Assembly (NCBI GenBank): GCA_041661645.1
Contig: JBAZUA010000005.1
Location: 14,829-78,828 of the forward strand
DNA from: Minisyncoccota bacterium
GTDB taxonomy: Bacteria > Patescibacteriota > Minisyncoccia > Phycocordibacterales > UBA6065
Direction: 5' to 3'
Length of the DNA stretch: 64,000 nt
The first letter of the stretch is position 1. The number at the start of each line of letters is the position of its first letter. Position numbers and translations under genes: made by a program. Of this stretch, positions 45,115 to 53,643 are shown piece by piece. Under the pieces are notes generated by a model. That model did not search any database, had not been told where the DNA came from, and worked only from the letters and a program-made list of their open reading frames with translations.

Positions 45115-45618
45115 ATGAAATCGACAGCGATACACGAGAAAGAGTTCCGCAGCGCGAACGAGATCCGCTTCAACAAGCACAAGAAGCGAAAGAACAACGA
45201 TCTCGTCGCAGCCATGTACGCGATGTACCGATCAGGGAAGTCCCTCGAGGAGGTCGGAGAGGTCTATCGCAAGACGCGCCAGGCGGTGTACGACGTCTTC
45301 AGGACCCGCGGCTATCCGCTCCGCGCGAAGGAACTGAAGGGCCTGAGAATATTCAACGGCTTTCGGTTCACGGTCACGAAGGGCGGGTATCTCCGGGGAA
45401 CCGTCCGAGGCAGAAGGGTCCTCATGCACCAGTTCGTCTGGGAGGAGAGATACGGGCCGATACCGATCGGCCACGTGATCCACCACAAGGACAACGACCC
45501 CGCGAACAACGCCCTCGGAAACCTCGAGCTCGTGCCCCGGAACGAGATGTCGAAAAGGTTCAACCCGGGAGGCAGGAATCAGTTTTCAATCAAACAAAAT
45601 GCAGATCAAAATAAATAA
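45115..45618 (+). CDS. HNH endonuclease with an N-terminal sigma-r4-like HTH
   Basis: HNH motif HHKDNDPANNALGNLELV. The HTH is SLEEVGEVYRKTRQAVYDVF. Confidence 0.6.
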   Translation: MKSTAIHEKEFRSANEIRFNKHKKRKNNDLVAAMYAMYRSGKSLEEVGEVYRKTRQAVYDVFRTRGYPLRAKELKGLRIFNGFRFTVTKGGYLRGTVRGRRVLMHQFVWEERYGPIPIGHVIHHKDNDPANNALGNLELVPRNEMSKRFNPGGRNQFSIKQNADQNK

Positions 45619-47257
45619 CGAAACACAAATCAACATCCCGAAGCTCATTCAGAGCAGAATGGCGATTCTGGCTAACTCCGGCGGCGGTAAGTCTTGGGCC
45701 GTACGTCGCCTCGTAGAGCAGGCAGCCGACAATGTTCAGGTGATAATCCTTGACCCAGAGGGCGAGTTCGCATCGCTTCGCGAGAAGCACGATTTTGTCC
45801 TGTGCGGGAAGGATCAGGACGTACCCGTCGAAGTGAGGTCAGCGGCCAAGCTCGCCGAGATGCTCCTAGAAGCGAAGACGTCGGCGGTTGTCGACCTCTA
45901 CGAGCTCTCACTTCAGGATCGAAAGAAATTCGTTCGCATTTTCTGCGAGACGATGGTGGCTGTTCCAAAGAAGTTGTATCACCCGTGCCTGGTGATCCTC
46001 GATGAGGCGCACGATTATGTCCCGGAAGGAAAGCCTAGCGAGGCGAGCGGAGCGGTTGAGGCCCTGGCCTCAAAGGGCCGCAAGCGCGAGTTCGCCCTCA
46101 TTCTCGCGTCGCAGCGCATCTCGAAGGTGTCGAAGGATGCCCTCTCCGAGTGCAACAACGTCATGATCGGCCGAGCCACCTGGGCGATTGACCGAAAGCG
46201 CGCTGCGGAGGAGCTCGGCCTCACAGACAAGGAGGAGATCCTGTCTCTCAAGAAGATGAGGCCGGGAGAGTTTTATATTACCGGACCCGCCGTGTCAGAC
46301 GACCTGCTCCGCATCACTGTCGGCGAAGTAAAGACATCGCATGGGAGCAATACCTATTCGGACGCCAAGCCCGTGCCACCATCGTCGGCGCTGAAGAAGG
46401 CCCTCGCCATGCTCAAGAATCTGCCTCAGGAGGCGGAGAAAGAGGCTCGCACGATCGACGAGCTCAAAGCGGAGATACGAAAGCTCAGGGCTCATCAGTG
46501 CCCGAAACAGGCGGCATCGTCTGAGGACACCGGCCGCGCCGTCACGATTGCCTTAGAGAAATGCAACAGGGCGTGGCGATCGCACCTGAACGACATTTCA
46601 AAATCGGTCGATAAGGTCAAAGCTCTCTCAAAGTCGATCGTCAGTGTCGTGGACGCCTGGCCGAAGATGGAAGTCGTCTCGGCCGATAAGCCTACGGTGC
46701 ACACTCAAAACATCCCGGCACCTGTAACGGAACGCCCGAAGGCAGACAGGGAAGATTGGATACAGGACGATGGCAGCTTTAGGGTCACGGGGTCGCATCA
46801 GAAGGTGCTTGACGCCGTGGCGTGGATCAACCGGCTCGGCATCGAACACCCAACGAAGATCGCTGTCGCGCTCATTGCCGGGTATAGCCCGTCATCAAGC
46901 GGCTACATGAATATCCTTGGTGCCCTCCGATCCGCGGGCCATATCGACTATCCGGCAGGTGGCCTTGTGAGGCTCACCGATCGGGGTCAATCGGCAGCGG
47001 TGCATCCGGAGTTCGCGAGCTCGGCCGAGTTGATCGATAGGGTGATGGCGAGGCTGAAGCCATCGGAGCAGAAGATCCTCCAGCCACTCATTGACGCCCA
47101 CCCATCCGATCTGTCGAGCGAGGAGCTCGCGGAGAAGAGCGGCTACTCGGCGACCTCGAGCGGCTTCATGAACCTCAAGGGTAAGCTCAGGTCGCTCGGG
47201 CTGATCGACTATCCGCAGGCCGGCCGAGTGAGGGCGGCAGATATTCTTTTCAAATAG
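45599..47257 (+). CDS. HerA/DUF87-like P-loop ATPase with two C-terminal winged-helix repeats
   Basis: Walker A ILANSGGGKS, ILDPEGEF (DUF87-type motif) and Walker B LVILDEAH. The repeats are GYSPSSSGYMNILGALRSAGHIDYP and GYSATSSGFMNLKGKLRSLGLIDYP. Confidence 0.5.
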   Translation: MQIKINNETQINIPKLIQSRMAILANSGGGKSWAVRRLVEQAADNVQVIILDPEGEFASLREKHDFVLCGKDQDVPVEVRSAAKLAEMLLEAKTSAVVDLYELSLQDRKKFVRIFCETMVAVPKKLYHPCLVILDEAHDYVPEGKPSEASGAVEALASKGRKREFALILASQRISKVSKDALSECNNVMIGRATWAIDRKRAAEELGLTDKEEILSLKKMRPGEFYITGPAVSDDLLRITVGEVKTSHGSNTYSDAKPVPPSSALKKALAMLKNLPQEAEKEARTIDELKAEIRKLRAHQCPKQAASSEDTGRAVTIALEKCNRAWRSHLNDISKSVDKVKALSKSIVSVVDAWPKMEVVSADKPTVHTQNIPAPVTERPKADREDWIQDDGSFRVTGSHQKVLDAVAWINRLGIEHPTKIAVALIAGYSPSSSGYMNILGALRSAGHIDYPAGGLVRLTDRGQSAAVHPEFASSAELIDRVMARLKPSEQKILQPLIDAHPSDLSSEELAEKSGYSATSSGFMNLKGKLRSLGLIDYPQAGRVRAADILFK

Positions 47258-47259
47258 CC

Positions 47260-47505
47260 ATGCCGAACGATCGACTTCTTCGTGAGCTGATGGAGGATAT
47301 AAAGCTCAGGTATAACCCCAAGACGGCGTTTGGTGACCCTAAGCTCATCGAGCTTCTCAACCAGGCACAGGATCGGCACGAGTACCTGGAACGGACGAAG
47401 GTCTGCCCTGACTGCGGAGGAGAGGGAGAGGAGGAGTGCGATCATTGCGGCCGATCGGGAGAGTGCCGGACGTGCGACGGGAAAGGACGGATTGATAAAA
47501 ACTAA
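47260..47505 (+). CDS. Cys-rich zinc-ribbon small protein
   Basis: CPDCGGEGEEECDHCGRSGECRTCDGKG. Confidence 0.35.
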   Translation: MPNDRLLRELMEDIKLRYNPKTAFGDPKLIELLNQAQDRHEYLERTKVCPDCGGEGEEECDHCGRSGECRTCDGKGRIDKN

Positions 47506-47509
47506 ACAC

Positions 47510-47704
47510 ATGCCAATAAGAAACATATACACGGACCCACAAATTCGAGCCTGGCTTCAGGTCAGGGCAGAGGCCTTCACTCCCCGCATCAAGCGGACGA
47601 AGAAGACGAAGGCGGCACCATACGCATTTACACTCGAGGCGTTGGCGGCTGACATGCGAAGGACCCTGAAGGAGCTCGAGGAGAGAATAGCTAAAGCGAA
47701 ATAG
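47510..47704 (+). CDS. Hypothetical phage protein (64 aa)
   Basis: Internal start of ORF 47330..47704. Confidence 0.3.
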   Translation: MPIRNIYTDPQIRAWLQVRAEAFTPRIKRTKKTKAAPYAFTLEALAADMRRTLKELEERIAKAK

Positions 47705-47706
47705 TC

Positions 47707-47916
47707 ATGGAGCGCATGGAGAACGCATCAAGGGATTACTGGACACTCGAGGCTATGAGGAAGTTCGGCGGAGGTTTCGTGAAGGCGCTCGGGAACGCTG
47801 GGGCTCAGGCCGACAAGAACAACCTCGAGAGGCTGAAGAAAGCATGGCCGGAATACTGGAAAGAGTACGAGCATATGGGCGAGTCGCTTCGGCGTAAGAA
47901 GGAACAACGCTCATGA
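47707..47916 (+). CDS. Hypothetical phage protein (69 aa)
   Basis: ORF only. Confidence 0.3.
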   Translation: MERMENASRDYWTLEAMRKFGGGFVKALGNAGAQADKNNLERLKKAWPEYWKEYEHMGESLRRKKEQRS

Positions 47917-48132
47917 TGTGGATCACCAGATGGAAGGGGCGGCCGGCGATCCTGAATCTCGCGTGCCGAATGGGCGCTCACGCATGGAAGTACAGCGCGC
48001 GCCGGTTCGCGCGGAGCTGCAGGAGGTGCGGCAAGGATCAGGTCCATTCGAGCAAGTTGTCCACACCTACTCTTTAGGGCGATTGTGCGGTAAAATATAG
48101 GCACAATTCAAAAAGAAGGTCTCGAAAGAGAC

Positions 48133-48372
48133 GTGTCGAAGCTGCCTTCGTCGCGTCTCTTTTTGCTTTGCACCTTCCACATGGCACGAAAAAAGCAGAT
48201 CAAGCCGAAGAGCTACAAGGAATACGTTCTCGAAGCGCGAGCCCGCGCGAAGAAGAACTGCCCCTGCAGGCATATCGTGAAGATCTGCGCGTGTTGCGGA
48301 AAGATTAAAGGCTCGGAGGTGGATATGAAGCGCAAGGGTCTCATCGGCCGCGGGGACGATTATGTGGGCTGA
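48133..48372 (+). CDS. Hypothetical small Cys-containing protein
   Basis: ORF preceded by a hairpin (48118-48162) and a TTGTGCGGTAAAAT promoter-like box. The start could be 48181. Confidence 0.3.
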   Translation: MSKLPSSRLFLLCTFHMARKKQIKPKSYKEYVLEARARAKKNCPCRHIVKICACCGKIKGSEVDMKRKGLIGRGDDYVG

Positions 48373-48506
48373 AGGGGGAATGTCTAGCGCGAGGTATCTT
48401 TGCTAACTCGCGCCGCACAGGTCGGCGGCCGGCAACGGTCGCAGGAGTCGGGATACTCAAAGTAAATCCCACAATGCGGTAGCTCCGCATTTCCCCTTGA
48501 GCCCAT

Positions 48507-49463
48507 TTGAAAACAACTATGTTCGCACCACAGAAACCAAAGATAGACTTCCTCGCTCGTGAGCCTCATCACGCGCTGCACGCCAGGGCCGTCTATGACG
48601 CGCTCCCGGAGCGCCGGCGCGGGATATTCACGTCGAACCCGGCCGAGCTGTCGAGCGGCATCGTGGCGGTGTTCAGCTACGGCGATCTGAAGCAGGTCTC
48701 CCAGCTCGGCAAGAAGGCGGTCTTCGGCGAGCACGGCGTCGGCATGTATTACAACACCGAGCACCCGTCGTACGCCGGCAGCGGCGAAGACCGCGACTGC
48801 GTGGTTCTCCGGCTCTCCCCAAATGAGAACCACGCGGCGAAGGAGCGCGCGACCCTCGATTGCCCCGTCGAGGTCGTCGGCGTACCGAAGATGGACAAGT
48901 GGGCGAACGCCCGGCCGAAGATGCCCATGCGCGCACGCCGCGCCACGATAGCGATCTCCTTCCACTGGGACTGCCTGGTGTGCCCGGAGACGCGATCCTC
49001 GTTCCTGCACTACAAGAGCGCCCTCCTCGCCCTCCGTTCGAAGTACAGGGTGATCGGCCACGGCCACCCGAGGATCATCGAGCGCATGCGCTCGATCTAC
49101 AAGGCGTACGGAATCGTCATCGAGGAGGACTTCGAGGAGGTCATGAGGAAGGCGGACGTCTACATCTGCGACAACAGCTCGACTATCTTCGAGTTCGCCT
49201 TCCAGGGCAAGCCCGTCGTGCTCCTGAACTGCCCGTCGTACCGGAAGGACGTCGAGCATCCGGGCAACCCGCGCTTCTGGAAGCACGCCGGCATCGGCCC
49301 GCAGGTGGACCGGCCGGAGGATCTCGTCGGGACGGTCGATCGCCTCCTTCAGAGCTACCGGGAATACCTGCCGAAGATGGCGGAGGCAACCAGGGAGATC
49401 TTCACGTTCACGGACGGCAGATGCGCCGAGCGCGCCGCTGCGGCGATAACAAAACACCTATGA
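48507..49463 (+). CDS. GT-B-fold transferase resembling CDP-glycerol glycerophosphotransferase (TagF-like)
   Basis: The C-terminal ADVYICDNSSTIFEFAFQGKPVVLLNCPSYRKD resembles the TagB/TagF signature. GC is visibly higher than in flanking phage genes. Confidence 0.4.
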   Translation: MKTTMFAPQKPKIDFLAREPHHALHARAVYDALPERRRGIFTSNPAELSSGIVAVFSYGDLKQVSQLGKKAVFGEHGVGMYYNTEHPSYAGSGEDRDCVVLRLSPNENHAAKERATLDCPVEVVGVPKMDKWANARPKMPMRARRATIAISFHWDCLVCPETRSSFLHYKSALLALRSKYRVIGHGHPRIIERMRSIYKAYGIVIEEDFEEVMRKADVYICDNSSTIFEFAFQGKPVVLLNCPSYRKDVEHPGNPRFWKHAGIGPQVDRPEDLVGTVDRLLQSYREYLPKMAEATREIFTFTDGRCAERAAAAITKHL

Positions 49464-50035
49464 GCAAGAAACTCTCGATTTCAATAATGGCGCACCCGTC
49501 CCGCGAGAAGTGGTTCGGGTATCTCCGCGAGAAGCTCGGACAGGACGTCCCCTTCGCCATCGACACGGACGGTCGCGGGATCTGGGAGAACTGCAAGAGG
49601 GCGTGGCTCCTCTTCGACCCGGAGGCCGAGTATCACGTGGTCGTCCAGGACGACGTGCTCGTGGGCAGGGACTTCATCGAGCGCGCCGAGGCGATGCTCA
49701 CCGAGGACATGATGTACAGCTTCTACATCGGCCGGCCGCGGTTCGCGGGCGAGGTCATGGAGGCGAAGGAGAAGGGCATCGACCACCTCGTGAAGAGCCA
49801 CATCCACCACGAGATATGCCTTTGCATGAGGACGGAGCACATCAAGGAGATGATCGCCTGGTGCGATGCGCTGAAGCCGGAGAACGACCGCGTGATCGAC
49901 GGATGGGTGAACGCAAAGGGGCTGAAGGTGAGGTTCCCGCTGCCGAGCCTGGTCGATCATCGCGCGGAGGGGTCGCTCCACAGCTTCAACAGGGGCGGCT
50001 ACGTTCCGAAGGCCACCTGGTTCATAGGCGAATAA
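49460..50035 (+). CDS. Putative GT-A-like glycosyltransferase (191 aa)
   Basis: ATGA overlap with the upstream gene. Contains VVVQDDVLVG (DxD-like). The assignment is tentative. Confidence 0.35.
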   Translation: MSKKLSISIMAHPSREKWFGYLREKLGQDVPFAIDTDGRGIWENCKRAWLLFDPEAEYHVVVQDDVLVGRDFIERAEAMLTEDMMYSFYIGRPRFAGEVMEAKEKGIDHLVKSHIHHEICLCMRTEHIKEMIAWCDALKPENDRVIDGWVNAKGLKVRFPLPSLVDHRAEGSLHSFNRGGYVPKATWFIGE

Positions 50036-50039
50036 AACC

Positions 50040-50657
50040 ATGCAGAACCTACCAAACAAGGAAATAGTCTACGTCTGCATCCCGACCACCCGGGAGCGCC
50101 GCGCACGCCTGCAGACCTGCATCGACCACATCAGGGTGAACGACTTTCCCCACGTGATCGTGCTCTACGAGAACCAGGACGGCGGCTGCGTGGCGGCCGA
50201 GCATAACATGCTGCAGGGGATCGAGGGCCTGGTCTTCCTACTCAACGACGACATGGAGATCGCGCCCGACTGCATCCGCAGGCTCTACGAGGCCTATCGG
50301 AAGAACGCCGAGGAGATGTCGAACGTCGATGACTTCGAGAAGCCCCTCATGCTGCAGCCGTTCGAGCAGATCCACAAGGGCAGGCTCGCGGTCAGCCCGT
50401 TCTGCCACAGCTCGGTCCTGAAGAAGTACGTCTTCAAGGGCTACAACCACAACTTCAACGACACCGAGCTCACGGAGGTCGTCCGGGCCGAGGGGCGGTA
50501 CGTTTTCGTCCCAGAGGCGACCATGGTCCACAGGCACGGAACTGAGGAGAACGGCCTCATGGACGAGACGTACCGGATGACCTCGGCGACCTACCGGAAG
50601 GACCGCGCGCTCTTCCACGAGCGCAAGGCGGCCGGCTTTATCCCTAAGAACTCATAA
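50040..50657 (+). CDS. Glycosyltransferase family 2-like (GT-A) protein
   Basis: IVYVCIPTTRER and the DxD region LLNDDMEIAPDCI. Confidence 0.45.
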   Translation: MQNLPNKEIVYVCIPTTRERRARLQTCIDHIRVNDFPHVIVLYENQDGGCVAAEHNMLQGIEGLVFLLNDDMEIAPDCIRRLYEAYRKNAEEMSNVDDFEKPLMLQPFEQIHKGRLAVSPFCHSSVLKKYVFKGYNHNFNDTELTEVVRAEGRYVFVPEATMVHRHGTEENGLMDETYRMTSATYRKDRALFHERKAAGFIPKNS

Positions 50658-50659
50658 CC

Positions 50660-50917
50660 ATGGTATTCGCAGAAAAGAAGATCAAGGGCGGGGGGTTCGA
50701 ATACGAGCTCGAGGACGTGTTCGGAAAGATGCTCTTCAAGTCGGAGCGGCAGCTACCCCCTGCCGACCTCGACGCCCTCGTGATGTTCATCCTGAAGACG
50801 AACAAGCGGGAGGGAGAGGTCGAAGGGGTCAGGTTCGAATTTACAAAAAATAACGATTGGCAAAAAGACGATGAAAACAATGACACTGACGGCGGAGAAG
50901 ATCGAGAAGCTCTATAG
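50660..50917 (+). CDS. Hypothetical phage protein (85 aa)
   Basis: ORF only; acidic C-terminus. Confidence 0.25.
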   Translation: MVFAEKKIKGGGFEYELEDVFGKMLFKSERQLPPADLDALVMFILKTNKREGEVEGVRFEFTKNNDWQKDDENNDTDGGEDREAL

Positions 50918-51293
50918 GTTCTACGAGGAGATCGCGGACCTCGAGCAGAGGGCGAGCGACGCCATCAACACCGCGAAGGCGAACAAGGCGCTCGAGATCC
51001 TCGTGAAGAGGCCGAAGGGCGAGGCGCAGGTGATCACGGAGGGCATGGCGTGGGACGAGGTATACAACCTCGGGCCGCAGTGCGAGGCGGGCCAGGCGCT
51101 CAAGGCCAAGTACCCGGAGGCGTTCAGCATCTCGGCCGACCACAGCAGGAAGGCGTCGGAGCTGCAGACCTTCAGCATCGCCGAGCTCGGCATAGACACC
51201 AAGCGCATCAAGGTAAGCGACATCATACGGCTCACTGACGCCCTCATAGCGCTCAGGCTGCCCGACATGATCGCAGCGGCTAACACCAAATAA
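50871..51293 (+). CDS. Hypothetical phage protein (140 aa)
   Basis: ORF only. Confidence 0.3.
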   Translation: MKTMTLTAEKIEKLYRFYEEIADLEQRASDAINTAKANKALEILVKRPKGEAQVITEGMAWDEVYNLGPQCEAGQALKAKYPEAFSISADHSRKASELQTFSIAELGIDTKRIKVSDIIRLTDALIALRLPDMIAAANTK

Positions 51294-51299
51294 CCTCGA

Positions 51300-51875
51300 A
51301 TGGAGAGCAAAGAGACACAAGGGAATACGCAGGAGGGAGCGCAGGGGGTGCCGGCGGTGGCAGGGGCCAAGGCACCGGGCGCGCCCTACAGAGGCATCAC
51401 CGTGAAGGAGCGGGAGGCCCTCTTTGCCTTTTACGAGAAGCACAACGGCAACATGATGGCGATGATCCGCGACAAAGACTGTCTTTTCAAGGGTTATAAC
51501 CAGATCCGCTACTACGCGAGCGTCTTCAACTTCTCCGAGCGCTTGGTGGAGATTAGGCGAATTAGGGCGACTGAAGTGATGGAGAAGCTCAAGGACGGCA
51601 AGATCCGCGCCCTGGAGAACGCCATGCGCCTCTTGGAGCCTCAGCACAGGTTCGTGTTCGACAAGAGAGGCATCCAGGTATTCGACCTCGAGGGAAAGCC
51701 GATAATCGTCGAGACGCTTCCGCACTACAAGGAGATCCAGGCGGCTTGGGAGATGATCAAGACCGAGCTCGGCGAGCCGACCTCGATCCACAAGAACGAC
51801 CTCACGACGGGAGGAGAGAAGATCCAGGGCAACGTAATCCAATTCGTAGACTTCAATGCTCCAAAGGGTCAATAG
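51300..51875 (+). CDS. Putative terminase small subunit (by position)
   Basis: Lies immediately upstream of, and overlaps, the large terminase. No diagnostic motif. Confidence 0.35.
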   Translation: MESKETQGNTQEGAQGVPAVAGAKAPGAPYRGITVKEREALFAFYEKHNGNMMAMIRDKDCLFKGYNQIRYYASVFNFSERLVEIRRIRATEVMEKLKDGKIRALENAMRLLEPQHRFVFDKRGIQVFDLEGKPIIVETLPHYKEIQAAWEMIKTELGEPTSIHKNDLTTGGEKIQGNVIQFVDFNAPKGQ

Positions 51876-53124
51876 CCACTACAAGCCACTGTTCACGCAG
51901 CGCCCGAGGTACTTCATCCTCATGGGAGGGCGCGGCGCGGGACGCTCGACGTCGGCGAGCCAGTACGCCCTCGCGCGCCTGGGCAGCACCGAGTACTTTC
52001 GATGCGCCGCCATGCGCCTTGTGCTGAACGACGTCAGGAACAGCATCTTCCAGGACATCCTCGACCAGATCGACCTGCAGGAGCTCACGAAGAAGGTCGT
52101 CGTCAGGGAAGCGCCGAAGATGTCCATCGCGCTCGGCAAGAACCGCATCGACGGCATCGGCTTCAGGAAGTCGAGCGGCGATCAGAAGTCGAAGCTCAAG
52201 TCCCTGGCGAACTACAACACGGTCATCATCGAGGAGGCCGACGAGGTTCCCGAGGAAGACTTCATGCAGCTCGACGACTCATTGCGTACGATCAAGACCG
52301 ACATCGTTATCGTCCTGCTCCTCAACGCGCCGCCGAAGAACCACTGGATCATCAAGCGCTGGTTCAACCTCGAGCCCGCCCTCGACCCTGAAGGCAAGCC
52401 GATCGAGGGGTTCTACCGACCAGTGCTCAAGTCGTCCGTCGCCCACAACACGATCCACATCGGGACCAACTACGAGGAGAACTACCAGAACCTCAACGAG
52501 ACGACGATCGCGAACTTCGAGGGGTACAAGACGACCCGCCCGGATCACTACTGGAACATGATCAAGGGCCTCGTGAGCGAGGGCGCGCGCGGCCGCATAT
52601 TCAAGACGTGGAGGACGATACCGGACAAGGAGTTCGACGAGCTGCCTTACCCCTCGATCTACGGCCTCGACTTCGGCTTCACGAACCATCCGACCGCTCT
52701 CGTCGAGGTGAAGCAGCACAACCAAAAGGTCTGGCTCAAGGAGCTCCTCTACGAGCCAGGGCTGACGAACCCCAAGATCTCGAAGCGCCTCACGGACCTC
52801 GGTGTGTCGAAGACGGCACCGATCTACGCGGACTCGGCCGAGCCGAAGTCCATCCAGGAGATCTCGGGCGACGGGTGGAACATCCTGCCGGCCGACAAGG
52901 GGCCAGACAGCATCAGCGCCGGGCTGGACATGCTGCTCGAGAAGGAGGTGGCCTACACCGAATCGAGCACGAACATCGCGAAGGAGAGCCAGGAGTACAA
53001 GTGGGCGCTCGACCGGAACAAGGAGCCGACCAACACCCCGATCGACGCATGGAACCACGCGATGGACGGAGTGAGGTACGCGGTGTTCACGGACGCGAGG
53101 AAGGGATTTATAGGTTTCGTTTAA
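51856..53124 (+). CDS. Terminase large subunit (PBSX/XtmB-like)
   Basis: Walker A ILMGGRGAGRS and Walker B-like VIIEEADE. The C-terminal nuclease motif is NHAMDGVRYA. Confidence 0.8.
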   Translation: MLQRVNSHYKPLFTQRPRYFILMGGRGAGRSTSASQYALARLGSTEYFRCAAMRLVLNDVRNSIFQDILDQIDLQELTKKVVVREAPKMSIALGKNRIDGIGFRKSSGDQKSKLKSLANYNTVIIEEADEVPEEDFMQLDDSLRTIKTDIVIVLLLNAPPKNHWIIKRWFNLEPALDPEGKPIEGFYRPVLKSSVAHNTIHIGTNYEENYQNLNETTIANFEGYKTTRPDHYWNMIKGLVSEGARGRIFKTWRTIPDKEFDELPYPSIYGLDFGFTNHPTALVEVKQHNQKVWLKELLYEPGLTNPKISKRLTDLGVSKTAPIYADSAEPKSIQEISGDGWNILPADKGPDSISAGLDMLLEKEVAYTESSTNIAKESQEYKWALDRNKEPTNTPIDAWNHAMDGVRYAVFTDARKGFIGFV

Positions 53125-53135
53125 TTTTCAATACC

Positions 53136-53330
53136 ATGAGCCAAAAGCAAACAAAGAAGTTCAGGAAGGAGGTCAGGCGTGAGATCACCAAGGAGATGGG
53201 CGAGGGCATAGCGACGCTTCAGACGCTCGTCAGGGAGCGCCCGACATGGTGCCCGCGCTTCGTGTGGATCGCGCTCTACATGCCGATCTTTAAAAGGAAG
53301 AGCTGGAAGTTTATCTACAAAAACCTATGA
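53136..53330 (+). CDS. Hypothetical small protein with a C-terminal TM segment (64 aa)
   Basis: MSQKQTKKFRKEV...WCPRFVWIALYMPIF. It is the in-frame tail of a longer spurious ORF. Confidence 0.3.
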   Translation: MSQKQTKKFRKEVRREITKEMGEGIATLQTLVRERPTWCPRFVWIALYMPIFKRKSWKFIYKNL

Positions 53331-53542
53331 TCGTACCCGACGAGCACATGACGAAGATGGTGGGGTTCATCGAGGAGGAGGTCTCGCGCATCCAGTACGG
53401 GAAGATACTCATCGAGATCACGGTCCTCAAGGGTAAGTGCACGAACGTCCAGGCAGAGACCCGCCGCAGCATGAACCTCAACGAAGAGCCGAAGCCGGAG
53501 CCACGAGTGCCGATCCGCAAGCAGGTCACGTTCGGACCGTAG
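53327..53542 (+). CDS. Hypothetical phage protein (71 aa)
   Basis: ATGA overlap with the previous gene. Confidence 0.3.
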   Translation: MIVPDEHMTKMVGFIEEEVSRIQYGKILIEITVLKGKCTNVQAETRRSMNLNEEPKPEPRVPIRKQVTFGP

Positions 53543-53556
53543 TTTGCTCGCGCCTT

Positions 53557-53643
53557 TGTGGTATAATGAAAGCAACAATTTAATAACCCCGCAGAGAAAC
53601 ACTCGTGGGCTTCGCCATTTGGCCGAAGCCCATTTTCAATTTT
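53557..53643 (+). promoter_or_regulatory. Cassette a: extended -10 promoter TGG-TATAAT (53559-53567), conserved box ACAATTTAATA..CCGCAG, leader hairpin 53607-53631, T-rich tract, then the portal ATG
   Basis: Read directly; one of three near-identical cassettes. Confidence 0.5.

Noticed and set aside
47913-48080. Two alternative small ORFs after 47916 (MDHQMEGAAG... and MMWITRWKGRPAILNLACRMGAHAWKY...)
   Set aside because: They are in overlapping frames, short and mutually exclusive, with no supporting signals. They are left uncalled.
48384-49457. 357-aa minus-strand ORF
   Set aside because: It is antisense to the TagF-like gene in the highest-GC part of the prophage, and the + strand gene has a recognisable GT-B motif. 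Other long overlapping frames in 48860-50067 are rejected for the same reason.
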